From assembly GCA_028023455.1 (NCBI GenBank), contig JAQFVV010000006.1, positions 17,484,001 through 17,548,000 of the forward strand: DNA of 64,000 bases, in the 5' to 3' direction. The notes below the pieces were generated by a model. The model searched no databases, was not told the origin of the DNA, and was given only the letters and a program-made list of their open reading frames with translations. The position numbers were made by a program, and so were the translations under genes. Source of the stretch: Epiperipatus broadwayi. Its lineage: Eukaryota; Animalia; Onychophora. Below, piece after piece: positions 50,995-63,330 of the stretch (its first letter is position 1; the number at the start of each line of letters is the position of its first letter).

Positions 50995-53269
50995 CTTAAA
51001 ATATTATTATAATAATAATAAATAGCGTCATTATTTAACTGATATTCATTTTCGCTATTTTATATATATAAAGAAATATTAAAATAGTATTTAAACAGTT
51101 TTTTTTATGACATTTGGTTTGAGAAAAAACAAAGGTTTTATTTTTTTCTCTAGGACTTAGCACTTTTATAACTTCCTATTTTCACTCTCATGACTAAACA
51201 TTAATTTGTGGATATACAATTTGCAAAGGAGATAAATTGCTGGATCCTTAGTAACTGCATTCCACTAGATGTTTTTGGGAATTACAAAAAAGGATTTTAT
51301 ACCTTTACATATAATTTCAACTTATTCAAATTTCAAGCTATATAATAGCTTACAGAAAACATTGGGACTTGGCTGTATTTTTTGTTTTAAAAATAATTTC
51401 ATTGCCAATTTCTTTATAGTTATCCTTCTCATGATTTTTATTTGGTACATGAAGTTACCTCTAGTGACTACTTTATTTTTTATATATCTAGCTTTCAGTT
51501 TGATTATTTATTAGTATATATTTTTGGCATATTTTTAATATTACCAACATAAAATATTTCATGCCTTTTCTGTTTAAGTTTGAAACATTTACAAAAAACA
51601 TAATACACATATAAAAAATAAAATAATTTCAAAAAAGCTGTTTATGAACATTATATAGTTAAAAGAAACTAAATATGAATATATATTTATCAATTTGAAA
51701 TAAATAAATAAAAAAAACTTTGGTAACTTTATTTTCTTCTCTGGATTAACAACTGCTATCCAGAAACAAAGATTATAAATGAAATATAATATGTGTTATT
51801 TTATAACTACACTTTTATTTACAACATATATGTCCACATAAATACGGAAATATTATTATTAGTATCTTCAAAGAAACAAGTGATGAAATAGAGAAATTGT
51901 TGTAAAAGTTATATACCCAACTGTTATAAATGATTAATGATTGGAAGAATGTAATCATGTTGTTAATTAATAGTTATGGAATAGAAAATATTTCAAATGT
52001 TAATCTTCTGTTAGTTTTACAGATCTTTATTAAGATCAATATAACTGATTTACAGAGGGCTTAGCACCCATATTAACCAAAATTCCTACATTTAAATATG
52101 ATTTAGCTGAAATAGATCGTATCAACTCATTAATAGAAGTCATAAAAGAACTAATGAATATAATTGCCAATGTGATTTCCATTTTTAGATTATAAATGGG
52201 CAATGATTAACGCTTTGGAACATTTAAGGTATAGATACAGTATACCCTCAAGTTCTGAAGAAGAATTACCAAATTGCAACAGCAGTAATTAAATTACCTC
52301 ATGATACTAAGAGGATTAACAATGATAAGGGTGTACTACAGGAAATATTTTGTAGATTAAAAGTAGAAGCCGAAGAAATAAAAATAAATGAAGATTATAA
52401 CAGTAATCCAGATTTTGCAGACTACATACCATGTTCACCTAAAATAAGACCCAGTCTTATATTAATTTTTGCTTCAAAAGTCACCATAGGGCTTCTTTTC
52501 AGGGGATGTCATTTTTCATATACAAAAATATACATTTATTCAAGTACTTCTCTTTACAGAAAGCTGTGAGATTCTTACCCCAGGAGCCCATACAAATAGT
52601 TCTTTCCTTTTGCCTTCATCTTATCTAATGATCAGAATATTGTTCAGTTTAAATTTACTATTAAATCAAGTTCATTTAAGACTTCTAAATACGAGGGTAA
52701 TAAAAAAGCAGTTAAGAATGGATTGCCCACACAAAAGCAACAAAAAATTCAGAAAATGTTTCTGTATTCTTTTTAAAAACTTTTCTTTAGGAGAAAAATT
52801 GATTATTAAAATCACTTCCTTTATTTATAATCTTTTAGAAGGGGAAAAAAATGTTTAAGAAATCAAACTAATTTTTTCTTTTAACTTGAATATTTAAAAG
52901 CTGCCTTGGTGAAACTCTAAAACTAAATCAAGCATATTCAATTTAAATATAAATAAGTACCTAAAAATATATAATTGAAATTATAAATTGTCCAATATAC
53001 AGATTTGTGGTAGATAAATTGTTTCTCTACACAGATAGAATTACATTTGTCAAAAATGATCAATGGAAAATACAAAAGAACCATATAATTTATATTACCA
53101 TTTATCTAAAGCATTAATGTCAATAATATTGTTTATTTATACATTCATTATCTTATAATTAAATACATCTGATGATCTTAACTTGGACTTATATTATAAA
53201 CATCCTGAAAAATCATGGCTTATTTTCTGATTAGGTCTTATTTTGGGGGAAACATGGTAGTTATTTTTT

Positions 53270-53890
53270 TCAAATAAAATTGCTTCAGTACTTCAGGAAA
53301 TGTTGCAAAAGATGTTAGCTGAAAGCAAAAAAAAATCATTAAAAGTAATTGCTTCAAAAATAAAGATTGATAAAAATCATTTAGAAGATAACTTCAAATA
53401 TCTTGATTATATTATTAGTATGGTTGAAAATATAGTAGCTGAAATTAACCATAGAATTTAATTGGCATGATGTACTTTTGTTAGACATAACTTAATGTAA
53501 AGAAGTGTATGCCCTTGTGTTTGAAATGGAACATTTTTTAGACCATGAAATGATGTATGGAGATATATATGTTGGGAATAACATAAAAGGATTAACAACT
53601 ATATACATGAATGAATAAACAAACAGGTAGTCCTAGCATCCTTGAAAGAATTAATGGAGATAGGTCGTATATGCTCAAAGAAATTTCAATAGCCGGATTT
53701 TTGAAGTTTCTAACTGGGTTCCCAAAGATAATAAAAGATCCAAAAAAAAAAAATAATACTATAAGTGAGTTTAGATGGAAGAATGAGATAAAGGAGTTTG
53801 TGATGTGTAGAAAAGAAGCATATGATTCAGAGAAATAGGATTAGATTTAAAGGGACCATTTTTTCTGCATAGAATTGATAATGATTGAAA
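53270..53890 (+). mobile_element. decayed RTE LINE (RT to 3' end)
   Basis: LQEMLQKMLAESKKKSLKV...KIK matches RT domain 6-7. Downstream it resembles 6230-6755, ending gaattgataatgattga. Confidence 0.65.
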
Positions 53891-54127
53891 ATTTATGGTG
53901 ATATACATATTTAAGAATATTTTTAAAGGAGTTAGAAAGTCCATTATTTTTCTATATTACTTAAAGGATTACCAATTAGTTGTTTAGTCGTGTGGACGCT
54001 CTGCATAGATTGGTACATTAATAGAATGACAGACTGGTCTTTCCAAGGTCCATAGGCTCGTGTTCAGCTGTAACTTCCAGCCATTTGAGTATTTTTTAAG
54101 ATTTCTCAATTGTATATTTATATATAT

Positions 54128-54204
54128 GTCAAAGCGTTGACCGGGAAGTGAACCCGGGCCAGCTGCTTGGAAGTCAGCTATGCTAACCGTTAGGCCACCA
54201 ATGT
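54128..54204 (-). pseudogene. tRNA-Gly(TCC) pseudogene / SINE copy
   Basis: CATTGGTGGCCTAACGGTTAGCATAGCTGACTTCCAAGCAGCTGGCCCGGGTTCACTTCCCGGTCAACGC-TTTGAC. The anticodon TCC is at 54169-54171. The anticodon stem is mismatched and the T loop is altered. Confidence 0.8.
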
Positions 54205-55236
54205 GTATTTCAATGTTAAAATAGCCAAAGTCGTTACCAGAAATTAACTTTTTATTATTATTATTTAGCATTAAATCCCTTCCCTCTTTCAATTATTTCT
54301 AATTGCTTAACATATGTTATTTCTAATTTTGTATCATTTTTTTAAAAAAGTCATTGTTAGTTTGTGATTAATTTATATAATATATCTGATTATTGTATTT
54401 TAAAGTAGTGAAGACGTGTTAAAGGTCAGTATTTTGTATGCAGGATAATTTTATATTAATGAGAATAAAAAAAATCGTTTTCTTTTTTTTTTATTAAATT
54501 AAATAAAAATGTTGGCTTTAAAAAAAAAAAAAAAAAATTCAAATGTTTAAGAAGTTAGCTTTTTTTTTGTTTTATTCTTGACGGGAATTAGGGAAAAGCA
54601 AATTACATTAAAATGTTGCTTATAATTTGTTTTGACATAAAAGTAATTAGTTAAAAATAATTAAATATGATGAAAATTACTTTGGAATATTTGATATTTG
54701 TACCCCGTGCATTCATCTAATGTATTTTATATGTACATTCGTTATGTTTCTACTATATATACCATGGTGGGTATTAGATATGGACACTTAGAAATATTGG
54801 GTTAGTATTAATGAAAACTAACAACTAAACTTATCCATTCTTTATAATAATTAAATTAATAAAGTTTGAAACGTTAAAATTGTTGTTTTTAAAGTTTGCG
54901 TTTTAAGATTGAGTTATCCAAAGCATTGGAGCTTAGATTTCATTCAGTCCATGTGAGGGTTTGTGCAGTTTGCCCAGAGGTTTTGATATTTTTCGAATGA
55001 ACAAATAAAATAACAACTTGAATTCTTACTAGATATTTTAATTTTATCACTAATTTAATAATATTGATAGTTCAGTACTTACTGTAAATTGCAATAACTA
55101 TAATAAACTTAGAATTCTTTGTCATTGAAATGAATTAGTGTAATTTAATATAAACATTTATACTGGATTTTAAAAAATCACTTGTGTATGTTTTTGGTTT
55201 ACTAAAATTTACAACTAAATATAGCTATGCCTTGTG

Positions 55237-55440
55237 TTTTCCTGAAGGTTTGTGATGATGGTGTTTTAGCTGTATTTTTATATTGAACTATTTCCATCAT
55301 CTAATATGTGTGTTGAATCTCTTTAGAAAAGTTTAATTTTATTTAAATATTCCAAGTACATTCACCTGTTAGTAATATCACAGCAAACAGATTAGTATAT
55401 ATTAGATGGTGGAAATAGTCCAATATAAAAATATAGCTAC
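55237..55440. repeat. family B SINE tail fragments, with an internal strand switch
   Basis: 55237-55398 matches 12203-12365, and 55400-55440 is the tail in the opposite orientation. It is flanked by a near-duplicated aatatagcta(t/c)gccttgtg. Confidence 0.75.
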
Positions 55441-56708
55441 GCCTTGTGGTTTTCAGCACTACTTTTGAGTCTATCCGACTGTAAGATCAAAATAATGTCA
55501 GTATTGATATGGTGATGAATTTTTTAAACCAACATAGGCACCTATTTTGTTTAAAATATTTTAGTTCATTTTCTAGAATATTTTGTTACACTTTCATCAA
55601 CAGTTTAAAACATTTTCATGTTCAACCACTCTTCCTGATTTTTATTTTAGTTGAATATCTGACATGATTTGAAAAAAAATAAAAACATGATTATGGTCGC
55701 TGGATAAAGAAGTTTGGAATGTCTTTATCCAGATCAATGTAATGAAATGCAAAATAATATGAACAGTTAAATATGGAAAAGTACCCGTCTTTTTAATAAG
55801 TCTTTTTTCCAAAATAATTGTTTTTGAAAATTAATTATTTTCATTTTTAACTTAGAAATAGATCATTAGAATATCAGTTCATTTTTTATGCATTTCATAT
55901 ATATTATAGATATGATTTTATATTTCATTATTAACACTAACTGCTGAATAATTTTGATACACACTTGTTTGTCCCTATAAAAGAAGGGAATTTTGAAGTT
56001 TAATACTTTTTAAATGCAGTTGAATATTTATCTAATATAAAATAGGGAGTCTAAAATGGCATAGTATGCACACTTCATTTAAATTAAATGAAGCTGAAAA
56101 TTATAAAATGAGAGTTTAGACTGATAATTTTATGTTCACATTTCCATTATGAGTGGTAAATATGTTTTTTTTCATTGATCACAGCTTATTTCAGTGCATT
56201 TCCTAAAATTACACCCATATGCTTATCTGTTTTATATAATAAGTAAATACCATTCTATTACTGAAATAAAAATTTCAAGAGTATAAAATAGATTATAATT
56301 TAGAGATGATAGTTTATAGATTATGAAGATATATTAATATTCTACCTTTTTATATTTAATTAGAATAAGAAAGTCTGTTTGAACTCATTTTTTTATTCAT
56401 TTATAAATGAATTTAAACAATTCATTTCAAGGCTCATTCTATTATTTAGAAATTCTTTAATTGAATGACATGCGATTTATTTACAAATATGAAAATTGTT
56501 CATGTTAAAGTAAACAATTTAATCATTATCTTTTCATATATAAATAAATTGGAAAAACATTTAATAAAATATCTTCAATGTCCACTTTTCTGAAGATTTT
56601 TTTTTTTTGCTAAGATATAACTAATAGAGTTTTTATTTTTGTGCATGCTAAAATAAATAAATAATTGACTTTTTCATTTATAAATAAATTTCTATCTCAT
56701 TATGTTAG

Positions 56709-56801
56709 AATGCACCATAGTGATCATCATCATCGTAAACTTTGTAAACCATGTGATTTCACTATCTGTAGTAATCTATCAAAATGACTATTATCTTTGC
56801 T
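56709..56801 (+). CDS. candidate 93-nt exon, TM-like CTIVIIIIVNFVNHVISLSVVIYQNDYYLC
   Basis: ATGTTAG acceptor and GTAAGA donor. Symmetric phase 1 to 1 open frame. Confidence 0.35.
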
Positions 56802-57226
56802 GTAAGATAAAATGACGAGATTTATGCCAAAAAAGAGAAAATTAATTTTTTTATTTTTTAAAAAAAAACAACAACTGTGTATAATAAAATGCACCAGTAT
56901 GTAAAATGGAAAGTGTATATATTAGCTAAAATATAATTTATTTGCCTAATTGTTATTTTGTGTCTTCATAATTACAATAGAATATGAAAATGTTTACCTT
57001 TTTTAATTATAAAATAGACGATTCCATTGTGTTAGTTAAAATACATTGTTGATGTTTTTTTCAGTTTGTTTTCTTTTTGTTTTAAACATTTTTCCAGGCA
57101 CAATAGGAGACTAATATAATTAAATCTTAATTCATAATAAAAAGTTTTACCTATTATGTAATTACAAAAAAAGAAACATTATGTATACAATTCACCAAAA
57201 CTTAAATTTAAAAATGTACACTAGAA

Positions 57227-57736
57227 CAGTGGTCTTCAACCTTTTCACACCTGCAGACGGTAAAAATAAGGATAAGGTTTCATGGACCGGCAGAAGTCTA
57301 TAGATAAGTTTTCTTAAAGATGTAAATTGCTTAGCCTTAGATGAGCATAATTGTTATAACTGATCAAACAACAATGTTAAATGTACAAGATTAAGTTATA
57401 TATATATGGAGTTTGTATAATAAAAAACTTTTTCTTTTAATTTTGAATTTTTTTAGAAAAGTACTAAAAAATTTAATTCTACCCCCCCATAAACATCTGT
57501 GATAACTAAAAAAATAAATTAATTTATGTATGATTGATTAGATTTTGTTTTTTTTCTGTTCTATTTTTTTAAATGGGTAAAAATGAGATGAAAAAATAAA
57601 TAAAAATTGTTTATATTAATTAAAAGTTTGAACTCTTATTATTTTGTTATTATAAACTTTCTTGCCAATCTAGCATGGCGGCAGAAAACTTCTACAACCC
57701 AGTGCCAGTCCGCGGACCAAAGATTGAAGACCACTG
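57227..57736. mobile_element. hAT (Charlie-like) MITE, 510 bp
   Basis: TIRs CAGTGGTCTTCAA(C)CT / AG(A)TTGAAGACCACTG and a perfect 8-bp TSD CACTAGAA (57219-57226, 57737-57744). Confidence 0.92.
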
Positions 57737-58159
57737 CACTAGAATACTAAAATGTGTTTTTTTTTCCATCTATTATTTTTAATTAATTATGTTCATGAAT
57801 TCAGCAAAATATTTTAAAATTTATATTTAAAAATAGTCAGGTGTTTATTAATAAATAGCTTGTAACTTTTATGATTAATATTAGTACTTTTGTTTATTCA
57901 TTAATTATCATTGATTCTCAATTTTAAACTATTTTTTAACAAAATATTCAAAGTTTATGATATATTTTGAATGTGTGCTAATTTTTTTTCTATAGAAAAT
58001 TATTACAAATGCTTATTTTTTATATGAGATTTTAATTTTCAAGATATAGTTAAATATGACTTAAGTTGAGTAATTTGCGGCAAAAGGGAAATTATTATTT
58101 TTATTTATTTACTTTCCAAATAAACTAATTTAATGAAATTATGGTAAATTCATTACAAT

Positions 58160-58387
58160 CAAATATTATGAAAAGGTAATAGATAATATTTAAAACTTAT
58201 ATTGCACTCAGCATGCTTTCGACAGACCACTGCCAGAATCCTAGTGCTGTTTTGTTTAACAGTTTATGCCTATATATGAGTGTAATTTATTATATAAATA
58301 AGGCATTTAAATATTCCATTTTTTCGATATTGGAACATATGAACCTTTTCTGTTGACTGCATTTGAATTCTTTGCAATTGTCCATGC
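58160..58387 (-). mobile_element. Penelope-like 3' end, family P2
   Basis: Reverse complement of 63107-63330. It translates as WTIAKNSNAVNRK. Confidence 0.85.
58204..58247 (-). ncRNA. variant hammerhead-like motif, copy 3
   Basis: GCACT-AGGATTCT-GGCAG-TGGT-CTGTC-GAAA-GCATGC-TG-AGTGC. Confidence 0.5.
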
Positions 58388-59879
58388 TGTACCGGTCTGA
58401 TTTGTATGTTCATTCAACAAGACTTAGAATCTAATCAGAAGTACCTCAAATCCAATCATGCACGAGATACACAGGTCAGGAGCAGTCATGAATTCTAATC
58501 TATTTGCTCATTCCTCAAATCTATAACAACATGAACAACATCTCTAGTGACACAGATGAATTTAATTCATTCCAGATCTGGAGACATAGTGTAGCGACAT
58601 GATATCTTGCGGCTAAATATGACTATTTAACTAAATTATGAATGAACACTACATGCAAACAATAAGATAATATTTATAGATGTATAGATAAAGGAATGAT
58701 AAGACTAAATTGATTGGTAAACGACTAACAGGGTAGTGAAGATGCGGATAATTGATCAATAAAAGGGGTGTCTACCTATGATACAAATGATCCTGGATAA
58801 CCCAGACATAATGAATTCTTAAGAGTAATGATTTATCATAGACAAGTATAGGGACTAAATTAAATAATGATTCATACACTTGAATAAACTGAGACATAAA
58901 CTTTAATAAATACACTATGATATAGTCATTTATATATTCTAATTATAGGTTTCATACAAGGAATATTTGATTGGCATATTTATATGGTTACATAATTTAC
59001 TATTTGTACATGGCATAATGTTGACACAAACGTGTCAATTAAGGAACAGGTGCATTGAGAACCAAATTCATGATAAATGATATATATATATATATATAGT
59101 GTATAATCAATACTGCACAGTTTAATATGCCAATAATAATTAAACAAACTTTCTCATAATAATAATATATATATACATAGGGTATAATCAATCCAGCATG
59201 GTTTAATATGCCAAAAATTATTAAACAAACTTTCTCATAATCATTCAACAATATTAACGCCACTTTAGAATTGAGAAAATAGGTAACTAATGACCGTCAC
59301 AAAATATACATAATGAATGAAAGCCTTTGTTGTTTACAATCATGATTGAATTAACATATATAATAATCATACTACAGTTGGTGCACAATTTCTAACATTG
59401 GGTGAATAGCATTGACAAACAATAGTAATATAAACTGCAATAAATGTGGTACATGAATACGCAACTATTTGCATATTTAACTTAATGAGATTTTATTTAT
59501 CCATAAACATAATGGAGTTTAACAATTTAAATAATAAAGAGAACTTTCTTAATGCATCCGGGAATCATTTACCTGAAAGGGTGGACAGCTTAATACAAGC
59601 TTGACTCATGACATTCCAAATACAATTAATATTAATGAAAAACGAATGGATTAATATTATCACAGCATTACGACTTACGATATTAAATGGGGAAAAGTCT
59701 AAAATTAGTAATATGCTGCGGTGCTAGCATGAATGGCAGCAATAAAGGTTTGGTCCGCTTGGGGGCCAATAAGACGCTTCAGCATGTACTAGAAAATAAG
59801 AGTATGTTCACGCTTTTGGTGGAGTGGTATCTCAAGACATGGTAGGTAGGAAGTGTGATGGTCCAGCTTTCCCAGGGTC

Positions 59880-60620
59880 ATCCCACGCAGAACATTCATT
59901 ACTCTAACCTGAAAATATTTTGGGATATAAGTGTATCGTTTGGTTAGAACAAATAAAATGATGTGGATTTGGAGTCCCCGATGATCCCAAAATGACAAAG
60001 CAAAATATAATAATTAATAATGCTGGGAGATGTTAGCAACACTGCAGTAAGCACATCCCTAATGATGTTGATATGTCAATTACAACCCTAAATAGATCTA
60101 GTATTAAGCATAATGGCATGACTAAATATCAAACCATACTATAAGTCTACATATTATTTTAAATAACCATTAGAATGTCATAATGAGGAAGGAATGTATT
60201 CTCTCTTCAAGCAAATGAATCCCACGTACATTTTAAATAGACAATGTAGATATAACACAAAATTAAATGCTCAACTTTATGAGTAAATGGTTAACTTATT
60301 ACACTCAAAGATATTGCAAAATGTGTTTCAATCAACAGCGTTAGGCAACCAATGGCAACTGATATTACTAATAGAAAAGGGCAGTGTTAATAACAATCTG
60401 CACTTAAAATATATATATAGTTATATTCAATCATTACTTAACTGAGCGAGCACGTGTTTTATAAGAAAGCTTACGAACATTAATTAAACCTCCCATTAAT
60501 AATGGGGTTGAAGATAATGATACATACATTAAGCTCGCGAGATTGGGTCTAATTGGCATACCAAATCCAGAACAAAGTCCATAAAACATAAGACAATAGT
60601 AATTGATTAAATTTGCTGCA
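59880..60620 (+). mobile_element. heavily decayed gypsy-type pol (RNase H end and integrase)
   Basis: Ordered motif traces: ILGYKCIVW, HNGMTK, LNFMSKWLTY, DITNRKGQC, LTERARVL*ESLR and DNDTYIKLA. There are many stops and shifts. Confidence 0.45.
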
Positions 60621-61246
60621 CTAAGATACAAAAATATATGTAGAGTGTGAAATGGATGAAAAAGAAATTACAGAACATATATTTTTATAGAGCTATAGGG
60701 AGTCATTAAATAAGAAATTAAAATACAATAAATATAACTGGCAATACATCACCATTGTATTAGTAGACAGAGAATTACATATACATAGATTAAATAAAGT
60801 ATATAATTAAAATAAGAGTAAGCAAGTTCTTTGCAGCATTGAAATGGTTATCTTCCGATGACGTGTAGACTTGTCGGCCGGCTGGATCCACATTCTTGCG
60901 AAACAGTTATGTTAAAGCATGGGTAGCAATACTTATTTTATTGGATGGTAGGTAGCATCTTCTCCATAAAATTATCATCTACATTTAATTAGACAGTCTA
61001 TCAGTTTATATATAGGAATAGCATTATGGCTTGGGGATGATCTTTGGAAGATCGGGAAAAGGTGAATTTGATCCCACTACTCGAACATCATATTATTGCA
61101 GTTTTGAGTGATGTGGATTCTGTTAGCTTCCGAACTTTAAAAAAACAAAAATTAATTCTGTGTCAAAATTGAGCTCTATTTATCTGGTTCTATTATTCTT
61201 AGGAATGCTTTTAAAGAATCCCCGAGACAAATGGATACCAACTTAC

Positions 61247-61320
61247 CTCATGTGATCTCATTCAGCAGGAAATATGCTATTGTCTTTACGTAGTAGAAGA
61301 TGCCATCATTTGATAAATTC
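61247..61320 (-). other. candidate non-coding/5'UTR exon on minus strand
   Basis: ATCTTCAG acceptor and a perfect GAG|GTAAGT donor. There are stops in all three frames, and an ATG lies 5 nt before the donor. Confidence 0.25.
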
Positions 61321-61670
61321 CTGAAGATATTGTTTGAATATTTTTTAATTTAGAAACAGATTTAAACAAATTAAATTACTAGACTGACCAAAATTAATTT
61401 TACATGAGTGATTTTTTTTTAAATTAAACTAATGCATCGCTCTTTTGTTTATTAAGTTTAAATTACTCTAATTGCCTTCCAGAATCTACTCAAGTTAATA
61501 TGAGCTAATGCTAAAAAAAAAAAAAAAAAAACCAATGTAATAATATTTTATACAATATATAAGTATCCTCTATATATAAACACACATACGCGACTCTTAC
61601 ATTTATGGAATTTTAACTATAATTAATTTTATATACCTAATACCTATAGATACATTTAAAATTAATATAG

Positions 61671-61750
61671 GAGGCTGAGCAGAGTTACGTGTATCTGTGT
61701 GCTGACTCTCTGATAATCCAAGTGCATGGAAGGATGGGTTTGAATCCCCA
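61671..61750 (+). mobile_element. tRNA-like SINE head (long variable arm type)
   Basis: GGCTGAGCAG (A-box-like) and GGGTTTGAATCCC (B box with CpG decay). Confidence 0.4.
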
Positions 61751-61839
61751 TCTTATTGCTAGTCATGTCATCAGACAGTGAAGCAAAATCTGTATCTCAG
61801 ATTTACTGCTTCAGTGCCTCTTTGTATTTTCATTTTCTA

Positions 61840-62430
61840 TAGAGGCAAAACTCTCCTTACCATAGTGCCACTCAGTGCAAACCAGAGCAGTGCTAATGTA
61901 TGGAGAGTTTTGCCTCTGTAAAAAAAGAGTGTGTAAGCCTAAAGAATGGTGATCATGTGATGTTTGATGGTTTAATACCAATCCTGCCCAATAGGATTAT
62001 GGTGACTATGATTATTAAAGAACCAAAGACCAAAAAATATGGATGCTGAACTGAGTTCAGATCTATAGAACTATACAAACTGATGAGCTTAGCTTGAAAA
62101 CATTATTGTGTTTTCATTTGGACTCAAAGCTTTATAGTTAGCTAAAAAAGTAAAAGGTGGCTGCTGGAGAGTTGCATTAGATCCTAAGATCTAGGTGCAG
62201 CGCTCTCAGATCTAAGGCTCCTCACTGATGAAAACCACAAGCTAGAAATTAGTCTGGGGATATTTGATGAGTAGGCACTAGATATGGATTTTATGCACTA
62301 ACCTTTTTGCATCCATTGATTACTCTGGTTTGCACTGAGGGGCCCTACTGTATGGAAAGTTTTGCTTCTATAAAAAAACATTTTGTGTAAGCCTAAAGAA
62401 TGGTGATCATGTGATGTTTGATGGTTTTAT
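61840..62430 (+). repeat. family C repeat with duplicated 3' segment and micro-inversions
   Basis: tgtgtaagcctaaagaatggtgatcatgtgatgtttgatggttt occurs at ~61930 and ~62385. ctcagtgcaaaccagag and its reverse complement are both present. The core is shared with 7545-7835. Confidence 0.8.
62219..62260 (+). ncRNA. hammerhead-like motif in family C (stem II defective)
   Basis: TCCTCA-CTGATGA-AAACCACAAGCTA-GAAA-TTA-GTC-TGGGGA. Confidence 0.45.
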
Positions 62431-62438
62431 TTTATTTT

Positions 62439-62720
62439 CTATAGTCTCTTTTGGTTTCTAAAAGCTGTCCTCACATTAGTAGAACTGAAAGTATGACCTG
62501 TATCAAGCTCATGATGAAGGAAGATCAAATTTATGTTCTTTTTGTTTGCTCTGTTGCATAAGTATGTGTGCTGGACAATCCTCATCAATCTAGTCACCCT
62601 CAATTCTCCATAATACATAGAAATACAAAGTGGAGCACTGCATGTGAAATTGTAAACTAGTTGAGGAGTGTGTTCCAATGGTATTTGTGATAATGCGTAG
62701 TATGTTTGTGTATTCTTCAA
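62439..62720 (-). mobile_element. Penelope-like GIY-YIG fragment, family P2
   Basis: LVYNFTCSAPLCISMYYGE...LIFLHHELDTGHTF. Confidence 0.8.
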
Positions 62721-62984
62721 TTGGTCATGTTGGTTGAATGATTGTTACTATTTTATTAAGGGATACTGTTTGGGTAGTTTTTTTTTGTTGTTGTTGTAAT
62801 AATAATATTTAGATTATTTTTTATTTTAAGGGAATAATATTTATTAGTTGTCATTTGGAATTATTTAACAAATTGTTTAGTGAGGAAGAAATCTAAAGCC
62901 GACCCTATAAGTGTCAGCACATAATATTCCTTAAGTTTTTTTTACTATTTTAGGGATGTATGGAAGGCTTATACAGCTGAGTAA

Positions 62985-63330
62985 AACAAAATAAATATAA
63001 TTTGATCTTCCTCGATCATGAATTTACTATGGGTCATACTTTCAGTCTTAATAATGTGAGGGCAGTTTGTGCCAAAAGAGACTATAGTAAAGGAAAATAC
63101 AAAGAGGCATGGGCAATTGCAAAGAATTCAAATGCAATCAACAGAAAAGATTCATGCTTTCCATTTTCAAAAAAAATGAAATATTTAAATGCCTCATTTA
63201 CATAATAAATTACATCCATATATAGACATAATTTTCAACTGTTAAACAAAGCAGCACTAGGATTCTGGGTGGTCAACTGAAAGCATGCTTAGTGCAATAC
63301 AAAAGTTTTGAATATTAACTATTACCTTTT
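62985..63330 (+). mobile_element. Penelope-like 3' end (GIY-YIG C-terminus + pLTR), family P2
   Basis: IFLDHEFTMGHTF...KYKEAWAIAKNSNAINRK, followed by a pLTR shared with 58160-58387. Confidence 0.85.
63254..63295 (+). ncRNA. variant hammerhead-like motif, copy 4
   Basis: GCACT-AGGATTCT-GGGTGGTCAACT-GAAA-GCATGC-TT-AGTGC. Confidence 0.5.

Noticed and set aside
58390-58950. LTR-like composition upstream of the gypsy relic
   Set aside because: No second copy, PBS or TG...CA boundaries found.
62086-62112. CTGATGA-GCTTAGCTT-GAAAAC, a hammerhead look-alike
   Set aside because: No stem I or III, and it is not conserved in the 7.8 kb copy of the same repeat.
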